DNA of 64,000 nt from an uncultured bacterium (GCA_965370415.1 CBDUTJ010000006.1:28496-92495); one strand, 5' to 3'. Shown: positions 29,533-38,704, numbered from the stretch's first letter. A program made the numbers and translations. Notes: a model not told the origin generated them from the letters alone.

Positions 29533-29650
29533 ACGCAGATGAACGCTGATTAATTATGATAAAATTATGAAAAAAATGCTTTATTTTCAATATTAAAACT
29601 CAATGAACAAAATCATAAAAAATCATATTAAATCTGCGAAAATCAGCGTC
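29533..29650 (+). other. Long-range inverted repeat GACGCAGATGAACGCTGATT ... AATCTGCGAAAATCAGCGTC enclosing ~80 nt of AT-rich spacer
   Basis: CGCAGAT/CGCTGAT heptamers in arm 1 are complementary to ATCTGCG/ATCAGCG in arm 2. Lies between the porin and pstS. Confidence 0.6.
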
Positions 29651-29668
29651 AAAAAAAAGGAGAAACAA

Positions 29669-30481
29669 ATGAAAAAAATTATACTTATACTCACCCTTTT
29701 TGCACTCATCGCAGTTTCTGCGTTTGCAAAAAAAGGAAACAAGATAACCATTGCCGGATCAACCACTGTACTTCCCATTGCCCAAGCAACTGCAGAAGTT
29801 TTTATGGATAACAATCCTGAGATCAATATCTCGGTTCGTGGCGGCGGTTCGAGTGTGGGAATAGCTGCAATTATGGCAGGAACGGTCGATATTGGAAATG
29901 CTTCACGACATATTAAAGCAAAAGAACTGGCATCTGCTCGTGAAAAGGGAATCAATCCTTACGAGAATGTTGTTGCGAACGATGGGATCGTTATTGTGAT
30001 CCACAAAGATAATAATGTAAAAGACCTTACATTGGAACAGATTAAGGGCATCTATACTGGCGAGATCAGCAACTGGAAAGAGATTGGCGGACCTAGCCTG
30101 CCGATAGTTGTTATTTCCCGCGATGTATCTTCCGGAACCTTTGAAGTCTTTAATAAAATAGTTCTGAACAATGCAAAATGCATTGACAGTGCTTTAATGC
30201 TGGCTTCCAATAATGCAGTAGTTTCCACTATTGCTACCACACCCGGAGCTATCGGTTATGCTGGTCTGGGCTACTTGAACGATACAGTTAATGCTGTTAA
30301 GATCAACAGAGTTATGCCTTCCAAAAAGACTATCCAGAATGGTTCTTATCCTATTGCACGTACACTGCATATGTACACAAACGGTGCTCCCAAGGGATTG
30401 GCAAAAAGATATATCGATTTCATTCTTTCTGCTGAAGGACAGAAAATAGTTGAAGAACAAGGATTCATTAGTGTTAAATAA
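29669..30481 (+). CDS. pstS: Phosphate ABC transporter substrate-binding protein, copy 1
   Basis: Start moved to MKKIILIL after AAGGAGAAA. AGSTTVLPIAQA and SVRGGGSSVGI motifs. Confidence 0.8.
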   Translation: MKKIILILTLFALIAVSAFAKKGNKITIAGSTTVLPIAQATAEVFMDNNPEINISVRGGGSSVGIAAIMAGTVDIGNASRHIKAKELASAREKGINPYENVVANDGIVIVIHKDNNVKDLTLEQIKGIYTGEISNWKEIGGPSLPIVVISRDVSSGTFEVFNKIVLNNAKCIDSALMLASNNAVVSTIATTPGAIGYAGLGYLNDTVNAVKINRVMPSKKTIQNGSYPIARTLHMYTNGAPKGLAKRYIDFILSAEGQKIVEEQGFISVK

Positions 30482-30490
30482 CTATTTTGT

Positions 30491-30538
30491 AAACTTCCGA
30501 AGGTTTCTCTTGTTCCCACGCTCCTGCGTGGGAACAAG
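30491..30538. repeat. AAACTTCCGAAGGTTT palindrome + REP hairpin CTTGTTCCCACGC-TCCT-GCGTGGGAACAAG
   Basis: Read directly between the two pstS paralogues. Confidence 0.8.
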
Positions 30539-30566
30539 TAGCTCTATTCCAAAATAAAGGATTAAA

Positions 30567-31385
30567 ATGAAATCATCTAAAATACTGGCTTTGCTCATTA
30601 TCGGTTGTGTGATGCTTAATTTCATTGCAGCCTGCGTGCAGAAAACAAATCGGATAAATACTGCCGGTTCTACAACTGTTCTTCCTATCGTTCAGGCAGC
30701 TGCAGAAATTTATATGCAGAAGAATCCGAAGATCAATATTTCTGTGCGTGGCGGTGGAACCGGTATCGGTATCAAATCTATGATCAACGAAACGATCGAT
30801 ATCGGCAATGCATCCAGGAAGATCAATAAACGTGAATCTGACCTGATAGATAAAAAAAATCTCATCGAAACAGCCATTGCAAAAGATGCGATCTCCATCG
30901 TTGTTCATAAAGACAACCCTGTTAATGAATTGAATTTAAAACAGCTTAAAAAGATTTATTCAGGAAAAATCAATAACTGGAGATCAGTTGGTGGAAACGA
31001 CAAAAAGATCATCGTAATTTCCAGGGATATTTCTTCCGGCTCTTTTGAAGTGTTCAACGAAGTAGTGCTGGATAGTACAATGGTTAAAAACGATGCGATG
31101 AAGCTTTCATCCAATAATGCAGTGGCAACCGCTGTTAGTTACACACCCGGTGCTATCGGGTATATCGGATTGGGTTATGTGAGAAATGAACTTAAAGTGC
31201 TGAAAATTGACAAAGTGCTTCCCACCAGCAAAACAGCAATGAACAATGAATACAAATTAACCAGGTTTTTATATATGTATACAACAGATACTCCGAAGAA
31301 GCTTGCTCAGGATTTCATCGATTTTATCCTTTCCGAGAAGGGACAGAACATCGTGGAAGAACAGGGATATGTAAGGATAAAATAG
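30567..31385 (+). CDS. pstS: Phosphate ABC transporter substrate-binding protein, copy 2 (tandem paralogue)
   Basis: Lipobox-like IAAC. Shares AGSTTVLPIVQA, SVRGGGTGIGI and PGAIGY.GLGY with copy 1. Confidence 0.8.
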   Translation: MKSSKILALLIIGCVMLNFIAACVQKTNRINTAGSTTVLPIVQAAAEIYMQKNPKINISVRGGGTGIGIKSMINETIDIGNASRKINKRESDLIDKKNLIETAIAKDAISIVVHKDNPVNELNLKQLKKIYSGKINNWRSVGGNDKKIIVISRDISSGSFEVFNEVVLDSTMVKNDAMKLSSNNAVATAVSYTPGAIGYIGLGYVRNELKVLKIDKVLPTSKTAMNNEYKLTRFLYMYTTDTPKKLAQDFIDFILSEKGQNIVEEQGYVRIK

Positions 31386-31405
31386 TGAATAAATTCAAGG
31401 AGAGA

Positions 31406-32257
31406 ATGTTCAAAGGGATCACTTATACTGCTTCATTATTTACTATTATTGTTCTCTTTGGCATTATTGCAACTTTGTTTTCAGAAGGCTTACCGATCCT
31501 GAAGCACGTGAATATAAAAGATTTCTTAACCAGTACTTCCTGGCATCCTACCCATTTTCCTGCCGATTTTGGAATTCTGTCGTTGATCGTTGGTTCGCTG
31601 GTGGTAACTGCCGGAGCATTGATCATCGCAATTCCGCTGGGATTGGGTTCTGCCATCTATATTTCGGAAATTGCAGGTCATCGTTCAAAGGAAATAATCA
31701 AACCCATTATCGAACTTCTGGCGGGAATTCCATCCGTTGTTTACGGTCTATTTGGAATGGCATTTCTCTCCCCGTTCCTGATAAAAGTCTTTGGAATTCC
31801 CTCCGGATTGAATGCATTTTCTGCTTCGATCGTTCTGGGAGTGATGGTGGTTCCCATAATATCCAGTATGAGCGAAGACGCACTTTCTACAGTTCCCAGA
31901 AACTTGCGAGAAGCTTCTTTTGCAATGGGAGCAACCAAGTGGGAAACTATAACTCAAATAGTTTTACCTGCAGCTCGTTCCGGTGTTATCGGCAGTATAA
32001 TGCTGGGTTTTGGCAGAGCTATTGGTGAAACAATGGTTGTGATAATGATAGCCGGCGGAGCTGCACAGATTCCCAAAAGCATATTTCAACCGGTACGTCC
32101 GATGACAGCAGCTATTGCTTCCGAAATGGGAGAAACCGTTATCGGCAGTCCGCATTTTCACGCTCTTTTTGGAATTGCAATCGTATTATTTATCATCACA
32201 TTTATTACAAATCTTATCACGGAATTCGTATTCCTGAAGAAAAGGCATCAGGCATGA
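31406..32257 (+). CDS. pstC: Phosphate ABC transporter permease PstC
   Basis: AAGGAGAG RBS favours the ATG at 31406 over the GTG at 31385. EAS.A.GATKWET EAA-loop region. Confidence 0.85.
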   Translation: MFKGITYTASLFTIIVLFGIIATLFSEGLPILKHVNIKDFLTSTSWHPTHFPADFGILSLIVGSLVVTAGALIIAIPLGLGSAIYISEIAGHRSKEIIKPIIELLAGIPSVVYGLFGMAFLSPFLIKVFGIPSGLNAFSASIVLGVMVVPIISSMSEDALSTVPRNLREASFAMGATKWETITQIVLPAARSGVIGSIMLGFGRAIGETMVVIMIAGGAAQIPKSIFQPVRPMTAAIASEMGETVIGSPHFHALFGIAIVLFIITFITNLITEFVFLKKRHQA

Positions 32258-32508
32258 TTAATACAAGAACAATGATCAGTCATTCTGAGAGAATCTACCT
32301 GCTTTTCCCACGAAGAATCTCATCTTGTATAGACTCTTCGTCGAAAGCCTTTGTGGGTTGTACTCAGAGAGACGAAACTTTATTTTCTGAAGAATCTCGT
32401 GAGAATTCTTGCAGCTTTACTTCTCGTAAAATAATGAGAATCTTCCTGAGAAAAATCCGGCAACTGCTGAATCAAGAAAACCAAAAATTTAAAACTCGAA
32501 GGAAATAA
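32254..32508 (+). CDS. 84-aa Ser/Arg-rich ORF exactly filling the pstC-pstA gap (hypothetical; may instead be a repeat-derived spacer)
   Basis: Its ATG overlaps the pstC stop (ATGA), and its TAA ends 1 nt before the pstA ATG. No recognisable domain or TM segment. Contains five GA(G/A)AAT(T)CT words and imperfect hairpins. Confidence 0.3.
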   Translation: MINTRTMISHSERIYLLFPRRISSCIDSSSKAFVGCTQRDETLFSEESRENSCSFTSRKIMRIFLRKIRQLLNQENQKFKTRRK

Positions 32509-32509
32509 T

Positions 32510-33364
32510 ATGACTAAAAGAGAATTAAAGCAGTTTCTCGGAGTAAACGCCCTACGGCTTTTCATAGCCATTACAGCAATATTCCTGATTCTATTCCTGT
32601 ATGTAATAATCTCTAAGGGTGGCAAGATGATCTCCTGGTCATTTCTTACGGAATCACCAAAAAAATATATGACGGAAGGCGGAATATTTCCTGCTATTGT
32701 GGGAACGTTCTGGCTCACCATTATCTCGATCGGGATTTCACTGCCATTGGGAGTTTTCACCGCTATTTATATGGTGAGCTACGGAAAGCCTGCCTGGTTC
32801 GTGAGATCTGTCCGAATAGCCATCAACACACTCGCCGGTGTGCCGTCTATCATTTATGGATTGTTTGGTCTTACAGTATTCGTGCAATTAATGCAGCTCG
32901 ATGTTTCCATTCTTGCAGGTTCACTTACTTTGGCAATCCTGGCGCTTCCGGTTATGATCAATGCCAGCGAAGAAGCGTTGCGATCAGTTCCACAGGATTT
33001 CAGAGAAGCTTCTCTGGCACTGGGGGCTACAGAAAGACAAACAATCTTGCGAGTTCTTCTGCCCACTGCTCTTCCTAATATTCTCACGGGAACCATCATC
33101 AGCATCGGTCGCGTGGCAGGTGAAACTGCTCCAATTTTGTTCACAGCCGCTACATTCTACACTCGAAGATTACCAACATCCGTGATGGATGAAGTGATGG
33201 TTCTACCCTATCACATTTATGCTTTGATGACAGAAGGTGCACACGCCGATAAACAGGTTCCCATCGCTTATGGAACTGCTGTTGTTTTGCTTGCGCTGGT
33301 TCTGCTGGTAAGCACTATTGCCATTATAATTCGATATAATATAAGGAAAAAAAGAAAATGGTAA
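32510..33364 (+). CDS. pstA: Phosphate ABC transporter permease PstA
   Basis: EAS.ALGAT..QTI EAA loop and six hydrophobic segments. Confidence 0.85.
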   Translation: MTKRELKQFLGVNALRLFIAITAIFLILFLYVIISKGGKMISWSFLTESPKKYMTEGGIFPAIVGTFWLTIISIGISLPLGVFTAIYMVSYGKPAWFVRSVRIAINTLAGVPSIIYGLFGLTVFVQLMQLDVSILAGSLTLAILALPVMINASEEALRSVPQDFREASLALGATERQTILRVLLPTALPNILTGTIISIGRVAGETAPILFTAATFYTRRLPTSVMDEVMVLPYHIYALMTEGAHADKQVPIAYGTAVVLLALVLLVSTIAIIIRYNIRKKRKW

Positions 33365-34113
33365 ATACACATATCAGAACCGAAAACCTAAATTTATGGT
33401 TTTCGGAGAATCACGTTCTTCAAGACGTGAACATCCCGATATATGATAAAAAGATCACTGCTTTGATTGGTCCTTCTGGCTGCGGGAAATCTACACTTCT
33501 TCGATGTTTCAATCGTATGAACGATCTAATCCCGGAAGCAAAAATAAAAGGGAAAGTTTTTTTGAATGAACAGAATATCTACGAATCCAGAATAGATGTA
33601 ACACAGGTTCGCACCAAAGTTGGAATGGTTTTTCAGCGTCCCAATCCATTTCCCAAATCTATTTACAAGAATATTGCTTATGGCTTAAAAATTCGCGGTG
33701 AAAAAAAATCTGTAATAAATGAAGTTGTGGAAAAAAGCTTGAAGGAGAGTTGGTTGTGGGATGAAGTGAAGGACAGGTTGAATGAATCTGCTTTATCACT
33801 TTCCGGTGGTCAGCAGCAGCGATTGTGCATTGCACGAGCACTGGCAAATAACCCGGATATTATCCTGCTGGATGAACCTACATCTGCTCTCGATCCGCAA
33901 TCTACAGCGAAGATAGAAGAGCTGTGTATGGAATTAAAAAATAAAGTCACAATCCTCATCGTAACGCACAACATTGCTCAGGCAGGAAGGATTTCAGATT
34001 ACACTGCTTTTATGTACCTTGGTGATATGGTAGAATTCGGAGAAACTAAGAAGATGTTCACCGTTCCCAAAGACAAACGAACTGAAGCCTACCTGAGTGG
34101 TGTATTTGGATAG
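33358..34113 (+). CDS. pstB: Phosphate import ATP-binding protein PstB
   Basis: Walker [10 protein letters not shown], signature LSGGQQQRL and Walker B ILLDEP. Confidence 0.9.
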   Translation: MVNTHIRTENLNLWFSENHVLQDVNIPIYDKKITALIGPSGCGKSTLLRCFNRMNDLIPEAKIKGKVFLNEQNIYESRIDVTQVRTKVGMVFQRPNPFPKSIYKNIAYGLKIRGEKKSVINEVVEKSLKESWLWDEVKDRLNESALSLSGGQQQRLCIARALANNPDIILLDEPTSALDPQSTAKIEELCMELKNKVTILIVTHNIAQAGRISDYTAFMYLGDMVEFGETKKMFTVPKDKRTEAYLSGVFG

Positions 34114-34124
34114 GAGAAAACTAA

Positions 34125-34511
34125 ATGAAAAAAACAATAGCACTCGTCGCCCACGACGATCAAAAAGTAAACATGGCTGAATGGACAAATAAACACATAC
34201 AACAATTGAGCAAACATAACCTGGTGGGAACAGAAGGAACTTGCGAAGCAGTTGAGAATATCACCGGACTTACGGTACAAGTTTTAGGTCACGGACCCGA
34301 TGGCGGCGATATCATCGTTGCCAATGAAGTGCTGCAGGGCAATATTGACATCCTGATATTTATGATCGATGCCAGAACTCCGCACGGGCATGAACATGAT
34401 ATCCAGACACTGATCCGCATTTGCGTTTTAAAAGATGTTCCCATTGCTTTGAATAAAAAAAGCGCCGAGCTCATGTTCTCATCTGAAATGATGAAAGAGG
34501 AAATGGAATGA
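34125..34511 (+). CDS. mgsA: Methylglyoxal synthase
   Basis: IALVAHD, GTEGT, GP.GGD, IDILIF..D and PH.HE.D..L.R pattern, colinear with E. coli MgsA as I recall it. Confidence 0.8.
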   Translation: MKKTIALVAHDDQKVNMAEWTNKHIQQLSKHNLVGTEGTCEAVENITGLTVQVLGHGPDGGDIIVANEVLQGNIDILIFMIDARTPHGHEHDIQTLIRICVLKDVPIALNKKSAELMFSSEMMKEEME

Positions 34512-35518
34512 AAAAAATATTATTTGCTTTATTATTACTTATTCTTCTGGCAGGATGCAATAAAAAGAACCAGGTTTATCTGTTGGGTGCGGGAGCTACA
34601 TTTCCTCAACCTTTATATGAAAAGATGTTCAAGGAATTTTACAATGAAACAGAAATTAAAATAAGTTATCACGGTATAGGCTCCGGCGGTGGTATTTTCC
34701 GTCTGAAGGATAAACAGGCAGATTTTGGAGCTACCGATATTATTGTAGAGGACAAAGTTTTTTCCGAGAAGATCGTGCATATTCCAATTTGTCTCGGTGC
34801 TGTAGCCATCACTTATAATCTTCCGTCTGATATACCGATAAATTTTTCACCGGAAGTTTTAGCTGCAATATTTTCCAGAAAAATTACAAATTGGAATCAT
34901 AAGAAGCTAACAGATTTGAATCCGAATGTTGTTCTTCCAAACCAGAGAATCTTAGTTATTAACCGATCAGATGAAAGCGGCACAAGTAAGATATTTAATG
35001 ATTATTTGTGCAAAATCAGTACGAAATGGGCAGATCGTAAAGAAAACCCTCTCAAAAAAATATTCGAACTATCTGCTCCCAGCAATTTTGAAATGGCTCT
35101 TTCTATTAGAGAGACATTCGGAGCTATCGGTTATATGAGTTATTCCTATGCTAGATCAAATAAAATATCCTGCGGAAAAATAATGAATCAGGCAGGAAAC
35201 TTCATTGCACCCGAATTGAAATCCGTGAGTTGTGCAGCAGAATGTGAGATTCCTAATGATACAATGATTTACCTTACAAATACATTGGCAGAAAATGGAT
35301 ATTCCATCAGTAGTTTTTCCTGGCTGATTCTTTACAAAGATTTGGGATATATGGAAAAAGAAAAAGCCGAGAAGCTGATAAAAATGGTTAACTGGATGTT
35401 ACATGATGGACAGGAATATTCACCATCATTGCATTATGCACAACTGCCACCGGAAACAGTGCAGAAAGCTGAAGTTCTGCTGAAATCCGTTACCTGGAAT
35501 AATGAAAAAATTAATTAG
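34508..35518 (+). CDS. pstS: Phosphate-binding lipoprotein PstS, copy 3 (canonical PstS type)
   Basis: Lipobox LLAGC; GAGATFPQPLYEKM; GIGSGGGI; ATGA overlap with mgsA. Confidence 0.8.
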   Translation: MKKILFALLLLILLAGCNKKNQVYLLGAGATFPQPLYEKMFKEFYNETEIKISYHGIGSGGGIFRLKDKQADFGATDIIVEDKVFSEKIVHIPICLGAVAITYNLPSDIPINFSPEVLAAIFSRKITNWNHKKLTDLNPNVVLPNQRILVINRSDESGTSKIFNDYLCKISTKWADRKENPLKKIFELSAPSNFEMALSIRETFGAIGYMSYSYARSNKISCGKIMNQAGNFIAPELKSVSCAAECEIPNDTMIYLTNTLAENGYSISSFSWLILYKDLGYMEKEKAEKLIKMVNWMLHDGQEYSPSLHYAQLPPETVQKAEVLLKSVTWNNEKIN

Positions 35519-35529
35519 GAGTAAAAACA

Positions 35530-36180
35530 ATGCTTAATGAAAAAATTGAAGAATTAAAAAAGAACATTATCGAAGAAGCAAATCTGGTTGAAACTATGAT
35601 CGAGCTTTCCTTTGCAGGACTTCTGGAAAAAGACAATTCCAAGCTGGAAAAAGTATTTGAATTGGAAGAACAAATAAACAGCAGGGAAATAGAAATCGAA
35701 GAAGATGTCATCAGCCTTATCGCTTTATATCAGCCGGAAGCAAAAAATCTGCGGACAATAATGATGATCTTGAAAATGAATAATGACCTGGAACGAATGG
35801 GAGACCTGGCAATAAACATCGTGCAAAGTGCACAATATCTCATCAGGAAACCGTTCATTAAAAAACTTATCAATCTGCCGGCTATGGCAGAAGAAACGCA
35901 GAAAATGCTGAAAAATTCCATTACTGCTTTCATCGATGAAAATACCAAACTGGCAAAACAGGTCTGTATAGACGATGATATCGTGGATGATCTGAAAGAA
36001 TACATTTACCGCGTGCTTATCACATATATGATGGACGATCCGGCAACTATCAAAAGAGCGTTTCACATAAATAAAATATCTTCCAACCTGGAACGTATTG
36101 CCGACCTTTCCACCAATATTGCAGAAGATACAATTTATATGGCAAAGGGAAAAGTTATTAAACATCATATAGAAAATTGA
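35530..36180 (+). CDS. phoU: Phosphate signalling complex protein PhoU
   Basis: Two PhoU repeats, each with E...ND.ERMGD / ERIADL motifs. Confidence 0.85.
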   Translation: MLNEKIEELKKNIIEEANLVETMIELSFAGLLEKDNSKLEKVFELEEQINSREIEIEEDVISLIALYQPEAKNLRTIMMILKMNNDLERMGDLAINIVQSAQYLIRKPFIKKLINLPAMAEETQKMLKNSITAFIDENTKLAKQVCIDDDIVDDLKEYIYRVLITYMMDDPATIKRAFHINKISSNLERIADLSTNIAEDTIYMAKGKVIKHHIEN

Positions 36181-36268
36181 CTAAAACTTCTCATAAAAAA
36201 TAATAAATTTGACAGTTCGAATCAGGTATAGTTTTTTATCAAAAAATCTCTAAGGAGCAATTATTTTA

Positions 36269-37930
36269 ATGATTGTAACCATTTTCAAGTTGTTAGGAGC
36301 ACTCGGAGTTTTCCTGTATGGAATGCGCGTGATGAGTGAAGGTATACAGAAAGTTGCCGGCAAAAAAATGCAATCTATCCTTAATTATATGACAGCCAAT
36401 CGCGCAGTTGCCGTTCTTACCGGTTTTCTTATAACCGGGCTTGTACAGTCATCTTCGGCTACTACAGTTATGGTAGTTAGTTTTGTGAATGCCAGTTTAC
36501 TTACTCTTACACAAGCTATCGGCGTTGTGATGGGAGCCAATATAGGAACCACCGTAACTACCTGGCTCATATCTATTATTGGTTTTAAATTCAGTATAAC
36601 GGCTATAGCTCTTCCCATAGTTGGGATCGGTTTGCCTTTCATGTTCTCGAAATATAAGAAAAGAAGGGATATCGGCGATATCCTGATCGGTTTTGGTTTG
36701 TTGTTCCTGGGCTTAATGTTCCTGAAAAGTTCTGTACCGGATATCAGAAGTAACCCGGAAGTTTTGGAATTTTTAAAAAATTATACCGAACTGGGATTTA
36801 TGTCGTTCTTGATCTTTGTAGGAGTTGGTTCTATACTTACAGTTATCGTGCAATCTTCCAGTGCTGCCATGGCTATCACGGTTACGATGGCATTCATGGG
36901 CTGGATAGGTTTTGAAACTGCCGCAGCGATAGTATTAGGAGAGAACATCGGAACCACTGTAACAGCTTATCTTGCTTCTATTGGAACTTCTGTAAATGCC
37001 CGCAGAACAGCCCGTGCTCATTTCCTGTTCAATTTCTTTGGCGTTATCTGGATGGCTTTTATCTTTAGATATTTCACTGCTTTCATCCTGAAGATCGCAC
37101 CCTGGAATTCCAGCCTGCAAGAAAATCTACCATTAAATCTCTCTCTGTTCCATTCGGTATTTAATATTATTAATACTCTCATATGTCTACCGTTCATAGC
37201 CCAATTTGCAAAATTAGTAAATATACTTGTAAAAGCCAAAGAAAGCGATCTATCCAAAGAATATAAATTGAAATTCATATCAACAGGACTTCAAGATACA
37301 GCCCAGATGAATATCCAAACTGCTAAGATAGAACTCACAAAAATGGCTCTTGTTACAGAGAAAATGTTCACCACTTTCCTGAATGTATTCCGCAATCCGG
37401 ATAAAAAGATGGGTTCTAAAGTGGAAAAAGTAAAAGAAATGGAAAACCTTACCGACCAGATGCAGGAAGAGATCACAAAATTCCTGGTGGAATGTTCAAA
37501 AGAAGAACTCAGTGAACGCAGCATAATGAACGTTACCGCCATGATGCGTGTGGTGAATGAACTGGAAAATATCGGTGATAGTTGTTATAAATTGATGATC
37601 CTTACAGAAAGAAAATATGATAACAAAATTCAACTGCATAATAAAGCGATGGAAGAATTTAACGATTTTACTTCTATACTGCTGGAATTCATGGGAATAT
37701 ACAAAGAACACATGACCGAACACCTGGAAAAGAAGCTTCTTGAGCTTGCCTATAAATTGGAAAGGAAGATCAATCATCTACGGGATAACTTGAAAAAAGC
37801 AGCTCAAAAACGCCTGCAAGTTGGTGCAGATGTTAAATCCGAATTACTCTACCTGGACCTTTTAAAACACTTTGAACATATCGGTGATAATTCGCTCAAT
37901 ATTGCCCAGGCACTCAGGCAAGTTTATTAA
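36269..37930 (+). CDS. Na+/phosphate symporter family protein with a C-terminal PhoU-like domain
   Basis: Duplicated Q.SSATT / QSSSA. motifs in the membrane domain. C-terminal ELENIGD and FEHIGD PhoU-like repeats. Confidence 0.8.
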   Translation: MIVTIFKLLGALGVFLYGMRVMSEGIQKVAGKKMQSILNYMTANRAVAVLTGFLITGLVQSSSATTVMVVSFVNASLLTLTQAIGVVMGANIGTTVTTWLISIIGFKFSITAIALPIVGIGLPFMFSKYKKRRDIGDILIGFGLLFLGLMFLKSSVPDIRSNPEVLEFLKNYTELGFMSFLIFVGVGSILTVIVQSSSAAMAITVTMAFMGWIGFETAAAIVLGENIGTTVTAYLASIGTSVNARRTARAHFLFNFFGVIWMAFIFRYFTAFILKIAPWNSSLQENLPLNLSLFHSVFNIINTLICLPFIAQFAKLVNILVKAKESDLSKEYKLKFISTGLQDTAQMNIQTAKIELTKMALVTEKMFTTFLNVFRNPDKKMGSKVEKVKEMENLTDQMQEEITKFLVECSKEELSERSIMNVTAMMRVVNELENIGDSCYKLMILTERKYDNKIQLHNKAMEEFNDFTSILLEFMGIYKEHMTEHLEKKLLELAYKLERKINHLRDNLKKAAQKRLQVGADVKSELLYLDLLKHFEHIGDNSLNIAQALRQVY

Positions 37931-37950
37931 CATTAAATTACTTTCTGGAT

Positions 37951-37969
37951 CCCCCTTTTCAAGGGGGAA
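37951..37969 (+). terminator. Hairpin TCCCCCTT-TTC-AAGGGGGA after the Na/Pi gene
   Basis: GC-rich 8-bp stem 20 nt after the stop, with no clear T-tract. A related CCCCTTT.AAAGGGG motif lies at 38858. Confidence 0.4.
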
Positions 37970-38129
37970 TTAAAGGGGGTTGATTTTCGAATCCAATCTC
38001 GTTATACAGGCTTCATCAATCTCATCACAGAATGCTCAACTCGATGCAAGCTCTCGAGTCGAAACATTATTATTCTAACAATTATTGCATAAATAGTTCT
38101 TCTACTTATCTTCACTTTTGTGGAAAACA

Positions 38130-38456
38130 TCATTCTTTTAGAAAATATAACAACCCTAAAGAACCTCTCGTGATAAGCCCAAAAGAGAGAAAACCATGAA
38201 ACCAGTTATATCCCGGAAATTTGAAATAGATAATAGCCATGATAGCACCCAGGAAAGAAGCATGTAAAGCGGAAGCTTTAAATAAAAGAACCATTTCCCG
38301 CTCATCCGGCATGTCCCTGGTGGCAATTAATCCTGCAAAGAACAGTATTAAACCCAATAAACCATAATCACCAAAAGTTAACGTTAGAATAAAAACCAAT
38401 ATCCCTGAAATTACTTCGATACTAAAGAATAATGTGTTGTTTCCTCTAATTTTCAT
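38130..38456 (-). CDS. Small three- to four-TM membrane protein
   Basis: Hydrophobic segments. 4-nt overlap with the upstream XRE regulator gene. Confidence 0.55.
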   Translation of the reverse strand: MKIRGNNTLFFSIEVISGILVFILTLTFGDYGLLGLILFFAGLIATRDMPDEREMVLLFKASALHASFLGAIMAIIYFKFPGYNWFHGFLSFGLITRGSLGLLYFLKE

Positions 38457-38662
38457 TTTTCCTCCAGATAAAATATTTCTTCTACATTTGTTTTGAACAC
38501 TTTAGCAATATTTAAAGCCAACCTTACCGATGGATTGAATTTTCCTTTTTCGATGGCTATTATCGTCTGACGGGAAACTCCTACTTCTTTTGCAAGCTGC
38601 TGTTGAGTCATCTCATCATTCATGAATCTGAACTGTCTTAATTTATTTTTCAGCTCATCCAA
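38453..38662 (-). CDS. XRE-family helix-turn-helix transcriptional regulator (69 aa)
   Basis: MTQQQLAKEVGVSRQTIIAIEKGKFNPS matches the HTH_3 pattern; AAGGAGG RBS. Confidence 0.8.
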   Translation of the reverse strand: MDELKNKLRQFRFMNDEMTQQQLAKEVGVSRQTIIAIEKGKFNPSVRLALNIAKVFKTNVEEIFYLEEK

Positions 38663-38704
38663 TTTCTACCTCCTTTATTTCACTCACGAGTCAAAGTCAT
38701 TTAT

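Noticed and set aside
32380-32760. Minus-strand 126-aa ORF spanning the pstC-pstA spacer
   Set aside because: It runs antisense across the pstA start and its N-terminal TM region, so a plus-strand interpretation (coupled 84-aa ORF or spacer) is more parsimonious.
36218-36236. tRNA T-loop-like words GTTCGAATC (36224) and TTCGAATCC (37984)
   Set aside because: The flanking bases do not form T-arm or acceptor stems, and no cloverleaf can be drawn. I found no tRNA, rRNA or tmRNA in the window.
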